Shown: positions 1 through 10,290 of the stretch, piece after piece
Layout of the letters: each line of letters opens with the position of its first letter
Position numbering within the stretch: position 1 is the stretch's first letter
Assembly (NCBI GenBank): GCA_963744145.1
Contig: CAVUSO010000001.1
Location: forward strand, 2,912,001 to 2,976,000
Source of the DNA: an uncultured cyanobacterium
Lineage (GTDB): Bacteria > Cyanobacteriota > Cyanobacteriia > Cyanobacteriales > CAWUOF01
DNA: 64,000 nucleotides
Direction of reading: 5' to 3'
The notes under the pieces: generated by a model
Database searches by the model: none
What the model was told of the DNA's origin: nothing
The model's input: only the letters and a program-made list of their open reading frames with translations
Program-made: the position numbers and the translations under genes

Positions 1-20
1 TAGTAAGTTAGATGATTTTC

Positions 21-95
21 ACCACCAAGACACGAAGACACCAAGTATTGATCAGATCAAACTTTCTGACCTTGGTGCCTTGGTGGCTTGGTGGT
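21..95. repeat. Imperfect inverted repeat (REP/MITE-like hairpin)
   Basis: ACCACCAAGACACGAAGACACCAAG (21-45) pairs with CTTGGTGCCTTGGTGGCTTGGTGGT (71-95) at 22/25 positions; followed by AACTGAACCGTATTG (119-133). Confidence 0.7.
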
Positions 96-457
96 TCATC
101 TCTCCAAACCGGAGCTTTAACTGAACCGTATTGAGTTAGATCCGATCTTGGTAATTTCACATTTGATCAGCACTAATGTATGCTTGAGTTAGGGCTAATC
201 AATCCCAATAACATTAATTTTTACATAACCAAATATTAAATTATTTTGATAGAGATAATATTAAGAATTACGTCTGGATAGCTAGCTAATTTATGGCCCA
301 TATTTGAGCGCGAGCCACCAAAATTGGGACAGCAGTTAATTTATTGGTAAATTTGGTTAATTTTGATATAAAAAGGGAAATAATATTAAATAGGTTTATA
401 CTGATAAATACCATTTTCATCCCAACTTGTATTTACTCCTTATACAAGAATAATCCT

Positions 458-1024
458 ATGTCACTCGATTTGGGAACATCTCAAGCTGGAATAGTAGCAG
501 CTAAACAAGGACGCTATTTAGAAGCGATCGAATTATTAGAATCTTTTTGTCAAAATACTGAGCCCCAGTCCAAAGACTATCTCCAAGCTCAAATGTGGTT
601 GGTCAAAGCATACCAAAGTGTGGGACAGGAAGAAGAAGCGATCGCGCTGTGTCAGTTAATGACCTATAGTGATCATCCCCAGGTAGTCCAATGGGCTCGG
701 AAAATTTTGCCATCCTTATCATCAGCACAAAAAACACAGTCTGATGAGATTACCAAATTACTGGAAGCAGGAAATGAATTTCTGAAGGAAAAACATTACT
801 CCGAAGCAGTACAGTTATTAGAACAATTTTTAGAACTATGTAACGATCGCCATTGTCCAGAGTATAGCCAAGCTCAGGTGTGGTTGGTGAAAGCTTATCA
901 AGGTAATGGACAATTAGAGAATGCTTTTATGCTTTGTCAGGAATTAGCTAATAGTGACAAATCTTCAGTAAAAAACTGGGCAGTAAAAATTATTCCTTTA
1001 CTTTCAAAAGCTAAATCAAAATGA
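458..1024 (+). CDS. TPR-like protein with two internal repeats
   Basis: Repeated helical motif Y..A..LLE.F...Y.QAQ.WLVKAYQ..GQ...A..LCQ; ATG at 458 more plausible than TTG at 344. Confidence 0.75.
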   Translation: MSLDLGTSQAGIVAAKQGRYLEAIELLESFCQNTEPQSKDYLQAQMWLVKAYQSVGQEEEAIALCQLMTYSDHPQVVQWARKILPSLSSAQKTQSDEITKLLEAGNEFLKEKHYSEAVQLLEQFLELCNDRHCPEYSQAQVWLVKAYQGNGQLENAFMLCQELANSDKSSVKNWAVKIIPLLSKAKSK

Positions 1025-1028
1025 AAAA

Positions 1029-1601
1029 TTAGATATTTCTGTAGATTTGATCATCGTTATGATGATTAATCAACCGACGAGAAAGATCTGCAATTTTAGT
1101 AATTACACTGGTAACATTAAAATTAGGATCACTCAGATCAAGGGAACAAATATCAATAAAACCCTCAGCTAGAATAGGTGGGGAATTTTCCAGAGAGTAG
1201 AACATATTTTCAATAATTTCTACTGGTACTTGTCGCTGTCGTTGTTGGTTCCATTGTAAACAAATAGGTAAGGGAGTCTGTAAATACCAACCCATCCACT
1301 GGACTTTGCTACTCATCGCTTTCAATTGATGCAATAGTATCATCCGATAGCAACGTTTAGTATTAGTAGCATCATAGATCACAGGTTGATTTTGGGCGAT
1401 CGCTGCTTGGATATTAGCCAAAACTTCTTTTTCAATTTCCTCCCATTTACCTTGAATCCTTTCATCACCATAGAGTTGCTGACGAATTTGATCAGTGGAG
1501 ATTACCTGATAGTTACCCAAACTAGCTAACTGCGTTGCAAAAGTAGACTTACCACTACCGGGAATACCAATCATGATATGACCAATAAAAGCTTCTTGCA
1601 T
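1029..1601 (-). CDS. AAA_33 / polynucleotide-kinase-like P-loop protein
   Basis: GIPGSGKST Walker A, STDQIR, IYDATN, N..R.RQVP motifs. Confidence 0.8.
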   Translation of the reverse strand: MQEAFIGHIMIGIPGSGKSTFATQLASLGNYQVISTDQIRQQLYGDERIQGKWEEIEKEVLANIQAAIAQNQPVIYDATNTKRCYRMILLHQLKAMSSKVQWMGWYLQTPLPICLQWNQQRQRQVPVEIIENMFYSLENSPPILAEGFIDICSLDLSDPNFNVTSVITKIADLSRRLINHHNDDQIYRNI

Positions 1602-1697
1602 AGTGCCGATCGAAAATATTATTATTAATAGAATTAAAAACTTTGGTTAATTGGGAAAACAGCGATCGCTCTTGGGTCAAAGCGATCGCGTACCAAT

Positions 1698-2309
1698 TTA
1701 GGGAACTAGCTCCGTATTAATTTCGTTAATCGGTCTACGTTTAAGTTCAACTGACTCCGATCGCGGTAAGAGATTAAACACTTCACGTAAAACATCATCT
1801 ACTTTTTCAAAGGATACTAGACCTTTGTGATCAAAAACCACCTTACCCTGTTGGTTCAGCAAAACTGTTTGGGGAGCAAAACCCCTATAATAGTAACCTG
1901 GTTCATTAGGTTGATAACTTGATTTTTGGGGAATTGCATCAATATTAATGGGCATAAAATCTGCTGCCCGACCATAAAATTGTTGTAGCCTTGATACTAC
2001 TGTAGCATATTTTTTGCAATCACTGCTGTCATCAACATAAAATATTAATAATGCTGGGACAGAGCGTTCCAATGATGCTGCTAAGGTGACTCTGGGGGGG
2101 ACTAGGGAACCATTACCACCGTATAGAGCAAAGATGTTACCATCAAATCGATCATCGTTGATCCCAGCTAGTGCTGGGGGTGTTCCTGTCAATGACATCC
2201 AAGCGATCGCGATGATGAAGGTGAAAAGACAGGTAGAAACCACCCGACTCCAAGCATGACGAAGCGTAGTCAGGGTAATTGTCACTAATCGCAACCAGGG
2301 AACTATCAT
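1698..2309 (-). CDS. Thioredoxin-like thylakoid protein (photosystem I accumulation factor family)
   Basis: DDRFDGNIFALYGGNGSLVPP, YVDDSSDCK, FNLLPRSESVELKRR conserved cyanobacterial motifs. Confidence 0.75.
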   Translation of the reverse strand: MIVPWLRLVTITLTTLRHAWSRVVSTCLFTFIIAIAWMSLTGTPPALAGINDDRFDGNIFALYGGNGSLVPPRVTLAASLERSVPALLIFYVDDSSDCKKYATVVSRLQQFYGRAADFMPINIDAIPQKSSYQPNEPGYYYRGFAPQTVLLNQQGKVVFDHKGLVSFEKVDDVLREVFNLLPRSESVELKRRPINEINTELVP

Positions 2310-2382
2310 AAAATTGCCAGTAGAAATTGGTTAACTTCTTTTAGAATCGCACTTTCAGTTACAGTGGTCTAGGGGGGGGTGA

Positions 2383-4929
2383 TCAGTTTAGGGGTTCAGA
2401 TGATGGACAACTAGGATAATTGAACCAAGGATGATCAATTGTGGAGCTGGGTAAACTAGCTACTAATTCTACTCTTCCTTTGTCATTAATGAACCAATGA
2501 TCAGCTTCGATAATTTTGACGGGTTGAGGATCTAATCTAGAAGTATTAGGACGGAAATTATTACTGATCCGATTTTCCTGTTTTCTTCCTAAAATCCAAT
2601 CCGATAATATAGCTTGACTGTTAAGCATTTCCTGGGGATTAGATGGTAAACCACCTCGACCAGTCAGAATGAATTTATTTTCATTATTTTTACGACTCGA
2701 ACATTTTTGAGAAATTTGGTTACTAATATCCACAATTTTTTGGGGTAATATAATTAACCCTTTGCTCGGATCAAGATCAGGAGTTTTTATTTCTACTTCT
2801 CCGTTAATTCCAAACTGGGAACTAGCTGTGATTTTACTATCGGGAGACACAAAATTACCTTGAGTAGTAATAGAAATATTCCCACCTTGTCCTTCAATAG
2901 CATTAGCTGTAATCTTACTACTTTCTAGTAAAACTATATTATCAGCATCCAGAGTCACATTACCCCCAGTAGCTTTTCCACCTGCACTAGCACTAACTAT
3001 ACTATCATGACGTAGCTGAATATTGGGTGAGTTAATTGTAATATTACCTTTAATTCCCTCCGCAGTAATTGCTGCAAAAAGTGATTGATCTAAAGAAACA
3101 AAATTTGCTTGGATTTTTAAATTACCTGCTGCTCCTGTACCTGCTGATAATAGGTTATTTATATCTAAATTACTGACATTAATTTTGGCTCCATTTTGAG
3201 CAATTAAGTTTCCCGCTACAATATCTAAATTTCCCCCCGTTCCTGAACCTAAAGTACCAGCATTCAGAATTCCCTTATCTGCGATCGTTAAATTGGGAGT
3301 ATTAATCATTAAATTACCAGCATTACCACTCCCTCCCTGATTACCAGTAAATATGGTACTATTAGTTTTACCATCGGTTGAAGTACCAATTACTTTGAGG
3401 GTATCTGAAACTAGCAATGTCAGATCACCCCCATCACCTGCTCCCGATGTTCCAGCACTAATAATAGCTCCATTTTTAACAGTTAAATCGGGAGTTTGGA
3501 TAGTTAAATTTCCCGCTTTTCCCTTCCCTCCAGTATTAGCAGTAAATAAATTACTGCGAAGTTGACCATCGGGAGAAATCCCCTCCAGATTAACTGTATC
3601 TGTGGCTATAATATTAATATTTCCTCCATCTCCTATATCCGAGGTAGAAGCACCAATCCGTCCCCCATTGATGATATTTAAGTTAGTGGTATTGATGGTT
3701 AAATCACCAGCATTACCACTACTACCTGATTTACTATCAGCAAATAAACCAGTAGCATTACTACTATTTTCAATGTTACCAATAATATTAATATTAGATG
3801 CTTGGATTATGCAGGAGCCACTATTACCAATTCCAAAGGTATTAGCTGTCATCCTTCCTCCTTCTTGCAAATTTAAATTACCAGTTTTAATTACTATATT
3901 TGCTCCATTTCCCGTTGCTTTTGGGTCAACATCACTAAAGAAACCACTAGGTAAATTTGTTTGGGAAGCTATCCCAGCGATCGCTATGGTATCCGTAACA
4001 TTTACAGTTAAGTTTCCCCCTGGATAATTACCAGTTGTATCAGCAATAATAACGGAACTATCGGTCAAACTCAAATTTTTTGCTTGGATTTGGACATTTC
4101 CAGCTCCCATCCCACTCACATTGAGAGAAGATGCAGAATTCAAGCTAATATTTTGCCAATTTTGGACTCCGGAATAATCTAATTTCCACCCTGGATTAGT
4201 TGAAGTTAAATTTACATAACTTCCAGCACCAACACTTCCTAATTCGATCCTTCCAGCGATCGCGGTTAAATTACCACCAACTAAAGAGATATCTCCACCT
4301 ACTAGAGCTAAAGTCTGAGCAAAGGGTACTTGTAAACCGACGGGACGATTAGTCTGATCAATTAGTTCGGAAGTTGAAGAAAATTTTAGTTGATTACCTG
4401 CACCTTGAACGGTGATGGGAGCAGGATTTGAACCAAATTGTAATCCGATCGGTAAATTAACTGTTAGTAAAGATAATTGATTGGGATTATTAGCATTAAA
4501 AGTAGTTTCATCGCTAAATTTTATACTACTAGCGGTACTAGCTAAAAAAGACCCTCCAATCTTAAGCTGCGTATTAGCACCAAATATAATTCCATGAGGA
4601 TTGATTAAAAATAAGTTTGCTGTATGGTTAGTTTTGATTAATCCGTCGATTTGGGAAACTGAACTACCCGTGACACGGGTGATAATATTTTGAATATCGA
4701 TCGCATTATTAAAAAAAATAGTGTTGTTTGTTGGTAAAGAAAACTGAGTAAAACTATGAAATAGATTGGGACCCGCTCTCGTTCCACCAGTAATGATCTG
4801 AGTATTACCTTGGGTCGTGACTAAGGAATTAATGGGAAGTGTTAGATCCGACAATACTTGAGCAGAAACAACTCTAGGGTATAGGTGAAAAGTCAGCAGA
4901 GCGAAAATCAATAAAGAACTGAATTTCAT
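2383..4929 (-). CDS. Filamentous haemagglutinin N-terminal domain (TpsA-like) exoprotein
   Basis: Signal peptide, NLFHSF, ANLFLINPHGIIFG, Gly/Asn beta-helix repeats, C-terminal TGRGGLP. Confidence 0.9.
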   Translation of the reverse strand: MKFSSLLIFALLTFHLYPRVVSAQVLSDLTLPINSLVTTQGNTQIITGGTRAGPNLFHSFTQFSLPTNNTIFFNNAIDIQNIITRVTGSSVSQIDGLIKTNHTANLFLINPHGIIFGANTQLKIGGSFLASTASSIKFSDETTFNANNPNQLSLLTVNLPIGLQFGSNPAPITVQGAGNQLKFSSTSELIDQTNRPVGLQVPFAQTLALVGGDISLVGGNLTAIAGRIELGSVGAGSYVNLTSTNPGWKLDYSGVQNWQNISLNSASSLNVSGMGAGNVQIQAKNLSLTDSSVIIADTTGNYPGGNLTVNVTDTIAIAGIASQTNLPSGFFSDVDPKATGNGANIVIKTGNLNLQEGGRMTANTFGIGNSGSCIIQASNINIIGNIENSSNATGLFADSKSGSSGNAGDLTINTTNLNIINGGRIGASTSDIGDGGNINIIATDTVNLEGISPDGQLRSNLFTANTGGKGKAGNLTIQTPDLTVKNGAIISAGTSGAGDGGDLTLLVSDTLKVIGTSTDGKTNSTIFTGNQGGSGNAGNLMINTPNLTIADKGILNAGTLGSGTGGNLDIVAGNLIAQNGAKINVSNLDINNLLSAGTGAAGNLKIQANFVSLDQSLFAAITAEGIKGNITINSPNIQLRHDSIVSASAGGKATGGNVTLDADNIVLLESSKITANAIEGQGGNISITTQGNFVSPDSKITASSQFGINGEVEIKTPDLDPSKGLIILPQKIVDISNQISQKCSSRKNNENKFILTGRGGLPSNPQEMLNSQAILSDWILGRKQENRISNNFRPNTSRLDPQPVKIIEADHWFINDKGRVELVASLPSSTIDHPWFNYPSCPSSEPLN

Positions 4930-4948
4930 AAATAATAAAATACCTAAC

Positions 4949-5233
4949 TTATAATTGGGCTCTAATCGTAAATGAATAGTCTCCTCCAGGTTCTAATTGA
5001 TAATCCCATTTTTCTAAAAACCGACCTAGAGGTTCTTTAATTAATGCTCTTCCCCGTGAAGGTTCAATGACTAAATTTCCACCTTGAAAACACCAACAAA
5101 ATTGCCATTCAAAATCACTCGCTCTCACTTCACCTTCTAACGTACCTTTATGCCAGGATTGTCCAGTAATCCTGACATAAGCAGTAGTTTCCGGTAGAGG
5201 TTTCCGACTCACCCTGTTACTTGCCAATGGCAC
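4949..5233 (-). CDS. DUF3146-like conserved cyanobacterial protein
   Basis: PETTAYVRIT...GRALIKEPLGRFLEK.DYQLEPGGDYSFTIRA. Confidence 0.75.
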   Translation of the reverse strand: MPLASNRVSRKPLPETTAYVRITGQSWHKGTLEGEVRASDFEWQFCWCFQGGNLVIEPSRGRALIKEPLGRFLEKWDYQLEPGGDYSFTIRAQL

Positions 5234-5237
5234 TATT

Positions 5238-5879
5238 TTAATGAGTTAATGGTGAAATACTACGATTATTATAAATGTTCATTGCTTTTTCTACTCCTTG
5301 TTTCAGACTAAGTTCGATCGCACTAACTACAATTTGCAAAACTTCCGACATTAATTCAGTTTCGGCTGAGGAAAATTTCCCTAAAACATGAGATATGGTA
5401 TTCTTATCTCCCGTGACAGTTGTATATTGGGGGGAACCAATCCCAATGCGGAGACGGGGAAAATTTTGAGTACCTAGATGCGCGATCGCAGATTTCATCC
5501 CATTATGTCCACCAGCAGAACCCGATAACCGTAACCGTAAACGACCGATGGGTAAATCCATATCATCATAAATGATCAGCACTGATCCTGGAGACAACTT
5601 AAACCAATCAACTACAGCTCTAATCGCATCCCCAGAACGATTCATATAAGTCAAGGGTTTCAGTAAGCGAATTTTCTCTCCATGAATTCCCATTCCTTCT
5701 CCCCATAAACCTTGAAACTTGCGATTTTCTGACCAAGATATTTCCCAGGAACGGGCTAAGGTATCAACCGCAGCAAAACCTATATTATGACGCGTTTGGT
5801 CATATTGGCTAGTGGGATTCCCCAAACCGACGATTAATTGGGGAATCACTAAAGCTAGTGGTGCTTTAGCTTCTGTCAT
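5238..5879 (-). CDS. pth: Peptidyl-tRNA hydrolase
   Basis: LIVGLGNP, TRHNIGF, KPLTYMN, GGHNG motifs. Confidence 0.97.
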   Translation of the reverse strand: MTEAKAPLALVIPQLIVGLGNPTSQYDQTRHNIGFAAVDTLARSWEISWSENRKFQGLWGEGMGIHGEKIRLLKPLTYMNRSGDAIRAVVDWFKLSPGSVLIIYDDMDLPIGRLRLRLSGSAGGHNGMKSAIAHLGTQNFPRLRIGIGSPQYTTVTGDKNTISHVLGKFSSAETELMSEVLQIVVSAIELSLKQGVEKAMNIYNNRSISPLTH

Positions 5880-5901
5880 TATTTTTTTATGATGAAAATT
5901 A

Positions 5902-6174
5902 CTAACCTGAGTGAGACTGTTTAGTCGGGGTTTCTTCGGAAATCACCGGAATGGTTTTTTCCGATTTAGCGACTAAGGTAGCTTTTTCTGATTGTTCGAG
6001 CTGTTCAGCTTCCCGTTTAAATTCAGACTCAAACTCTCTAGACGCATCTTGGAACCCACGAATTGCTTTACCCATACTACGTCCAATCTCGGGCAATTTC
6101 TTTGGACCAAAGATTAATAGGGCAATTACTAAAATTACTATCACTTCCGGGAGACCAATACCAAAAATATTCAT
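5902..6174 (-). CDS. tatA: Twin-arginine translocase TatA/E
   Basis: MNIFGIGLPE...LLIFGPKKLPEIGRSMGKAIRGF. Confidence 0.95.
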   Translation of the reverse strand: MNIFGIGLPEVIVILVIALLIFGPKKLPEIGRSMGKAIRGFQDASREFESEFKREAEQLEQSEKATLVAKSEKTIPVISEETPTKQSHSG

Positions 6175-6324
6175 TAGATTTCCTGACTCTAATTGCAACC
6201 TTATGAATTTTAATTCATTATTTGGGGAAATGAACAGTCATAAGTAATTATACTCAAAACAAAAAAAACCCCGAGCGATCGGGGAATCTACATTGAATTG
6301 AATTAAATTTTGATTGAAAATAGA

Positions 6325-6528
6325 CTAACGACCGAGACTAGTCCAAGAGACATCAAGATTCTCAAGTAACAAAGAGGAATTGTAAATTTGGAGAATAATA
6401 ACCAAAAAGAGGAAAAACAGCAACATAAAGAAAGCCATTACGGGAGTAGTGGCCCAGCCTGGGGCCACTTTACCATATTCAGAGTTTAGGGGTCTGAGAA
6501 CATTACTTAACCAAGTCCGTTGTGCCAT
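6325..6528 (-). CDS. psbH: Photosystem II reaction centre protein H
   Basis: [20 protein letters not shown]; psbH-tatA-pth synteny. Confidence 0.97.
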   Translation of the reverse strand: MAQRTWLSNVLRPLNSEYGKVAPGWATTPVMAFFMLLFFLFLVIILQIYNSSLLLENLDVSWTSLGR

Positions 6529-6693
6529 AAATCTATCTTCCAGCCAGAAAAATGTATGGGTAGATGATATCATGCCAAGATACACCATCCAAAAGCAAAA
6601 AAAAAATTCCCAGCAGAACAGGGGTATTAACTATTTACAAAAATTTACCTAAATCTTCTTATATCTACTTAAAAACTGCGCTAGAATGACTGA

Positions 6694-7296
6694 ATGAGTA
6701 AGTTAAGCATCTCTGAAGCCGCACAGCTAAAAGGTGTAAGCGTCTCAACCTTGAGACGATGGGAGTCCGAAGGTAAATTAATCCCAGAACGTACTGCTAA
6801 TGGTCACAGACGTTATAGCATGAATCAGCTTTTAGACATTAAGCCTGATAGTGCCTTAACTGTATGTTACGCCAGAGTTAGCAGCCATGACCAAAAAAGC
6901 GATTTGGAGCGACAAAAACAAGTTTTAGAGTTGTTTTGCTCAACTCACGGTTGGCAGTTTCAAGTAATTGAAGATTTAGGTTCGGGACTTAATTATAGCA
7001 AGCGAGGTTTACAACGATTAATTAGGATGATTACTGACAATCAAGTAGAAAGGCTAGTGCTTACCCACAAAGATAGATTATTAAGGTTTGGCTCTGAGCT
7101 AATTTTTAGTTTGTGTGAACATTTTGGCACGGAAATTGTGATCATCAATCGGACAGAAGATGCTTCATTTGAAGAAGATCTGGCCAAGGATATATTAGAA
7201 ATTATCACGGTATTTTCCGCTCGTCTCTATGGCAGTAGAAACCATAAAAACAAACAAATAATTACAGAACTCAAAGACATTGCTCAAAAGCTTTAA
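6694..7296 (+). mobile_element. IS607-family TnpA (MerR-HTH + serine recombinase); tnpB reduced to a stub
   Basis: HTH ...STLRRWE...GHRRY, YARVSS catalytic motif, DRLLRFG, FSARLYG. Confidence 0.92.
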
Positions 7297-7303
7297 ACGG
7301 ATA

Positions 7304-7386
7304 TTATGCTATCAAATTAGAACTCAGGTACGGGCGCAAGAGCTTTTGCGCCCCTATAACAAGGAACGTACTTTGATAGCGGTATA
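7304..7386. repeat. Short inverted-repeat element containing a GTAG-type REP hairpin
   Basis: GCTATCAAA (7308-7316) / TTTGATAGC (7372-7380) flank GTACGGGCGCAAGAGCTTTTGCGCCCCTAT (7328-7357). Confidence 0.6.
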
Positions 7387-7645
7387 ATAGTAAGGAATTC
7401 GTAAAATCTGCTCGTACACCTCCCATTTTCCGGGTGGTTTGTCGGCGATTTCTCCCATATTTCCATTTCCTTCTAATTGCTCACCTTTATTAGATAAATT
7501 TTCTGCAACCGTTTCCCCTAAATCTTCTTTCTCTGTTCCTGGTGACAGTAATTCTACTACTACAAATGGAGCTACACCTTCTTGCCAAATCACATAAGAA
7601 AGACGCAGATCAGTTTGATCATAAAGTCGAGATACACCTACAGAG
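7381..7645 (-). pseudogene. Internal fragment of a Uma2-family endonuclease
   Basis: VGVSRLY...LRLSYVIWQEGV.PFVVVELLSPGTEKED...KWEVYEQILRIPYY; both termini missing. Confidence 0.8.
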
Positions 7646-7693
7646 TTTGAGAAACAGGGTATTTTAATGGAAACATAGATTTTCGCTTTATGA

Positions 7694-7726
7694 CTAACTT
7701 TCACTATCAAATAAGACTTTCTTCAA
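7694..7726 (-). pseudogene. Stub of a PIN-domain toxin (MKKVLFDSES*)
   Basis: TTG overlaps the upstream stop (TTGA); xxVLFDS resembles a VapC/PIN N-terminus. Confidence 0.45.
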
Positions 7727-7974
7727 CGGTATTTTTCCTCTAGATAATTGATATAAGATTCGTTTAAATCGGCGGATTCAAGCTGAATTACACCAATTAG
7801 ACTTTGAGTCCAATCAGCGAGTTCTGTTAAAGATTTTTCCTTTGGGAGAAAAGAAATAGATAGGGAATAAATTGTGGTTTCCCGTTGAATTGATGTTAAG
7901 ATTGACTGAACTAAACGCCAGCGTTCGGAGAGTGATAATTGTAATATCTGATCTTCTAACTCTGATAATATCAT
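7723..7974 (-). CDS. Small antitoxin-like hypothetical protein
   Basis: LSELE.QILQLSLSERWRLVQ...WTQSLIGVI...Y.NYLEEKY, typical of small proteins preceding PIN toxins. Confidence 0.55.
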   Translation of the reverse strand: MILSELEDQILQLSLSERWRLVQSILTSIQRETTIYSLSISFLPKEKSLTELADWTQSLIGVIQLESADLNESYINYLEEKYR

Positions 7975-8630
7975 CAGTTTTCCTCCCTAAATTGACTTGC
8001 TGAAAATCTAACTATGACCCACTCGAAAAATTACATAAGACTACTGATTTTATGATTTTAGCCAATATTTTGAAATTTTGGGCGATCGCGCTTTGATAAT
8101 TTTACCGTATTACTGATGTATCAATTCAAACTTGACTTTAACCGTATCCCAGAATATTTATAATCGACTATGTAGTTTTTTGTATCGCGATCGCGATACC
8201 ATTATATTAGATCCGAATGCTTCACCCTTCTAAAACCGAGATATTCCAAAAAATTCTTAACTGAATGGATTTTAATATATAGTTGATCTGTTGGTTGCAT
8301 AGATGGTGAGGGCAAAGCATTTCGGTAATATTATCCTTCGCTTCAGCAATTATTTATGCGCCGAAATGCTTTGCCCCTACGAGGAACTGAACTGGATTGA
8401 TATTTAATCAGCGATCGCTTACAGATCAATGGGGTGTAGGGGCGAAGCATTCGGGCGATAATTTACCGCTTAAACCAGCAATATTAGATCCGAATGCTTC
8501 GCCCTTCTTCTGCGTCGAGCTCCCAAAAAATTCTGAACTGAATGTATTTTAATATATAATTGATCTGTTGGCTACATAGATGGCAGGGCAAAGCATTTCG
8601 GTAATATTATTCTTCCCTTCGACTACGCTC

Positions 8631-10087
8631 CAGGGTAAGAGCATCTCAATTAGGCTTGACACAAGGATTAAGAAGGATCTAATGTAGACTCAGAGAAACA
8701 AGAAAGGAGGATTTGGAGCATATAATTATTATCCATAGCAGCGCGTTTACTTTTCTGGCGTAAACTGCGTTTGTAAGTTGACTCGCGATTAAGAGCGTTG
8801 AGAGCTAATCGTCTGAGCAGAGAAAAGTTACGAGGACTGTGAAAAGAACGAATGCGACAGCTATCTTCAAAAAAAGTACAATCTAAAGTCCAGTGTGCAG
8901 AATTTTCGATTTCCCAATGTTGACGAATAGCTCGACCTATGAATTCAGCATTGTTGTCTAAAGAAGTAAGATAGTATTGAGTCTCGCAAGTAGTTTTGTT
9001 CCAAAGATGACGGATACGATGAATGATGACAATACTTTTTAAACCTGCCCATAATTTGGGTTGGTAAAGGTCAGGAATGGCCGTAATAGGGAGCACCCAA
9101 ACTTCACGAATTTCCACCCGATGATGCCCTTTCTCAATCCGTTTGTCATGAGTGAAATCAATTCCTGAAAAATTATTTTTCTGTGCAGTTTGGAAGAATT
9201 GTTGTACCTGATTATGTAAAGTTGGATGATTGGCTTTAAGTGTCAGAATATAATCAGCTTTTTTATCAATAATCTTTTGAGCAATTTCGGTTTGGGTCCC
9301 CATCGCATCAATAGTAATAATTGAGCCAGCGATATCAAGTAACTCTAGTAATGCTGGAATAGCTGTAATTTCATTGGATTTATCTTGGACTTTCATTTGT
9401 GCTAAAACTAATCGTTGTTCACTAGCCCACGCACTAATCAAATGTAATGCTGATTGTCCTTGATTTCGGTCATAGGAACCTCTGACAGTCTTCCCATCTA
9501 TGGCAATTACTTCTCCTCCCATTTGAGTAACTAAGGTGTTTACCCAAGCTTGAAAACATTGCTCCAATTGGTTGGGGTTAATACTTTCAAATACTCGACG
9601 AAAGGTATCATCTGAGGGAATACCATTGGGTAATTCTAAAAACTCTTCTAGCCAAATTTGTTTACTAATCCCATAATTCTCAATGTCTTCCCAGCCTTGT
9701 GCTCCAGCTATTATGACCAGAATTGCCATCACTAAAATGTCTATCAATAAGTGTTTTTTTGTTCGGTTTACTCTCGGGTCTTCAACATCTTCAAAATGCT
9801 TGACTAAACTCTGTTGTATTTCCATCAAGTCAGCTACTACTTGGTTTTTCCTAGCAGAATGGGAGTTTTGTTTAGCATTAGCTATATTGATATCGAACCC
9901 TTGAGACATTTGAATATTCCTGGAGATTATGAGTTGGACGGTATAGTTTTTCACCTACCACTCTCTATGCTCTTTTGTCAACTATTTTCTCTACCAGATT
10001 TGTGATGTTCTGATCTCGATGGCTATATTTCATATTTGATGAAAATATTCTGTATCCTCGGTGACAAAATTAGATGCGCTAACCCTG
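8631..10087 (-). mobile_element. Complete ISAs1-family insertion sequence (1457 bp)
   Basis: Terminal IRs CAGGGTAAGAGCATCT / AGATGCGCTAACCCTG; 10-bp target duplication GACTACGCTC at 8621-8630 and 10088-10097. Confidence 0.95.
8668..9909 (-). CDS. ISAs1-family DDE transposase
   Basis: DPR, GIPSDDTF, AIDGK, SNEITAIP, TIDAMG, HWEIEN..HW.LD..F.ED. Confidence 0.95.
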   Translation of the reverse strand: MSQGFDINIANAKQNSHSARKNQVVADLMEIQQSLVKHFEDVEDPRVNRTKKHLLIDILVMAILVIIAGAQGWEDIENYGISKQIWLEEFLELPNGIPSDDTFRRVFESINPNQLEQCFQAWVNTLVTQMGGEVIAIDGKTVRGSYDRNQGQSALHLISAWASEQRLVLAQMKVQDKSNEITAIPALLELLDIAGSIITIDAMGTQTEIAQKIIDKKADYILTLKANHPTLHNQVQQFFQTAQKNNFSGIDFTHDKRIEKGHHRVEIREVWVLPITAIPDLYQPKLWAGLKSIVIIHRIRHLWNKTTCETQYYLTSLDNNAEFIGRAIRQHWEIENSAHWTLDCTFFEDSCRIRSFHSPRNFSLLRRLALNALNRESTYKRSLRQKSKRAAMDNNYMLQILLSCFSESTLDPS

Positions 10088-10242
10088 GACTACGCTCAGG
10101 GTAAACGCTTCAGCAATTATTTATTCGCCGAAATGCTTTGCCCCTACGAGGAACTGAATTGGATTGATATTTAATCAGCGATCGCTTACAGATCAATGGG
10201 GTGTAGGGGCGAAGCATTCGGGCGACAATTGAACAATCAAAC

Positions 10243-10290
10243 TTTACCCTGAGTTTACCCTGAGCGTAGTCGAAGGGCGTAGTCGAAGGG
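10243..10290 (-). mobile_element. 24-nt small dispersed repeat nested within itself
   Basis: Minus strand CCCTTCGACTACG[CCCTTCGACTACGCTCAGGGTAAA]CTCAGGGTAAA; absent from the same loop in sister array units. Confidence 0.85.

Noticed and set aside
3353..4027. Antisense ORFs within the FHA gene, and similar ones within SNF2, mrdA, potD, porin and psbD
   Set aside because: Shadows of well-supported genes on the other strand or frame
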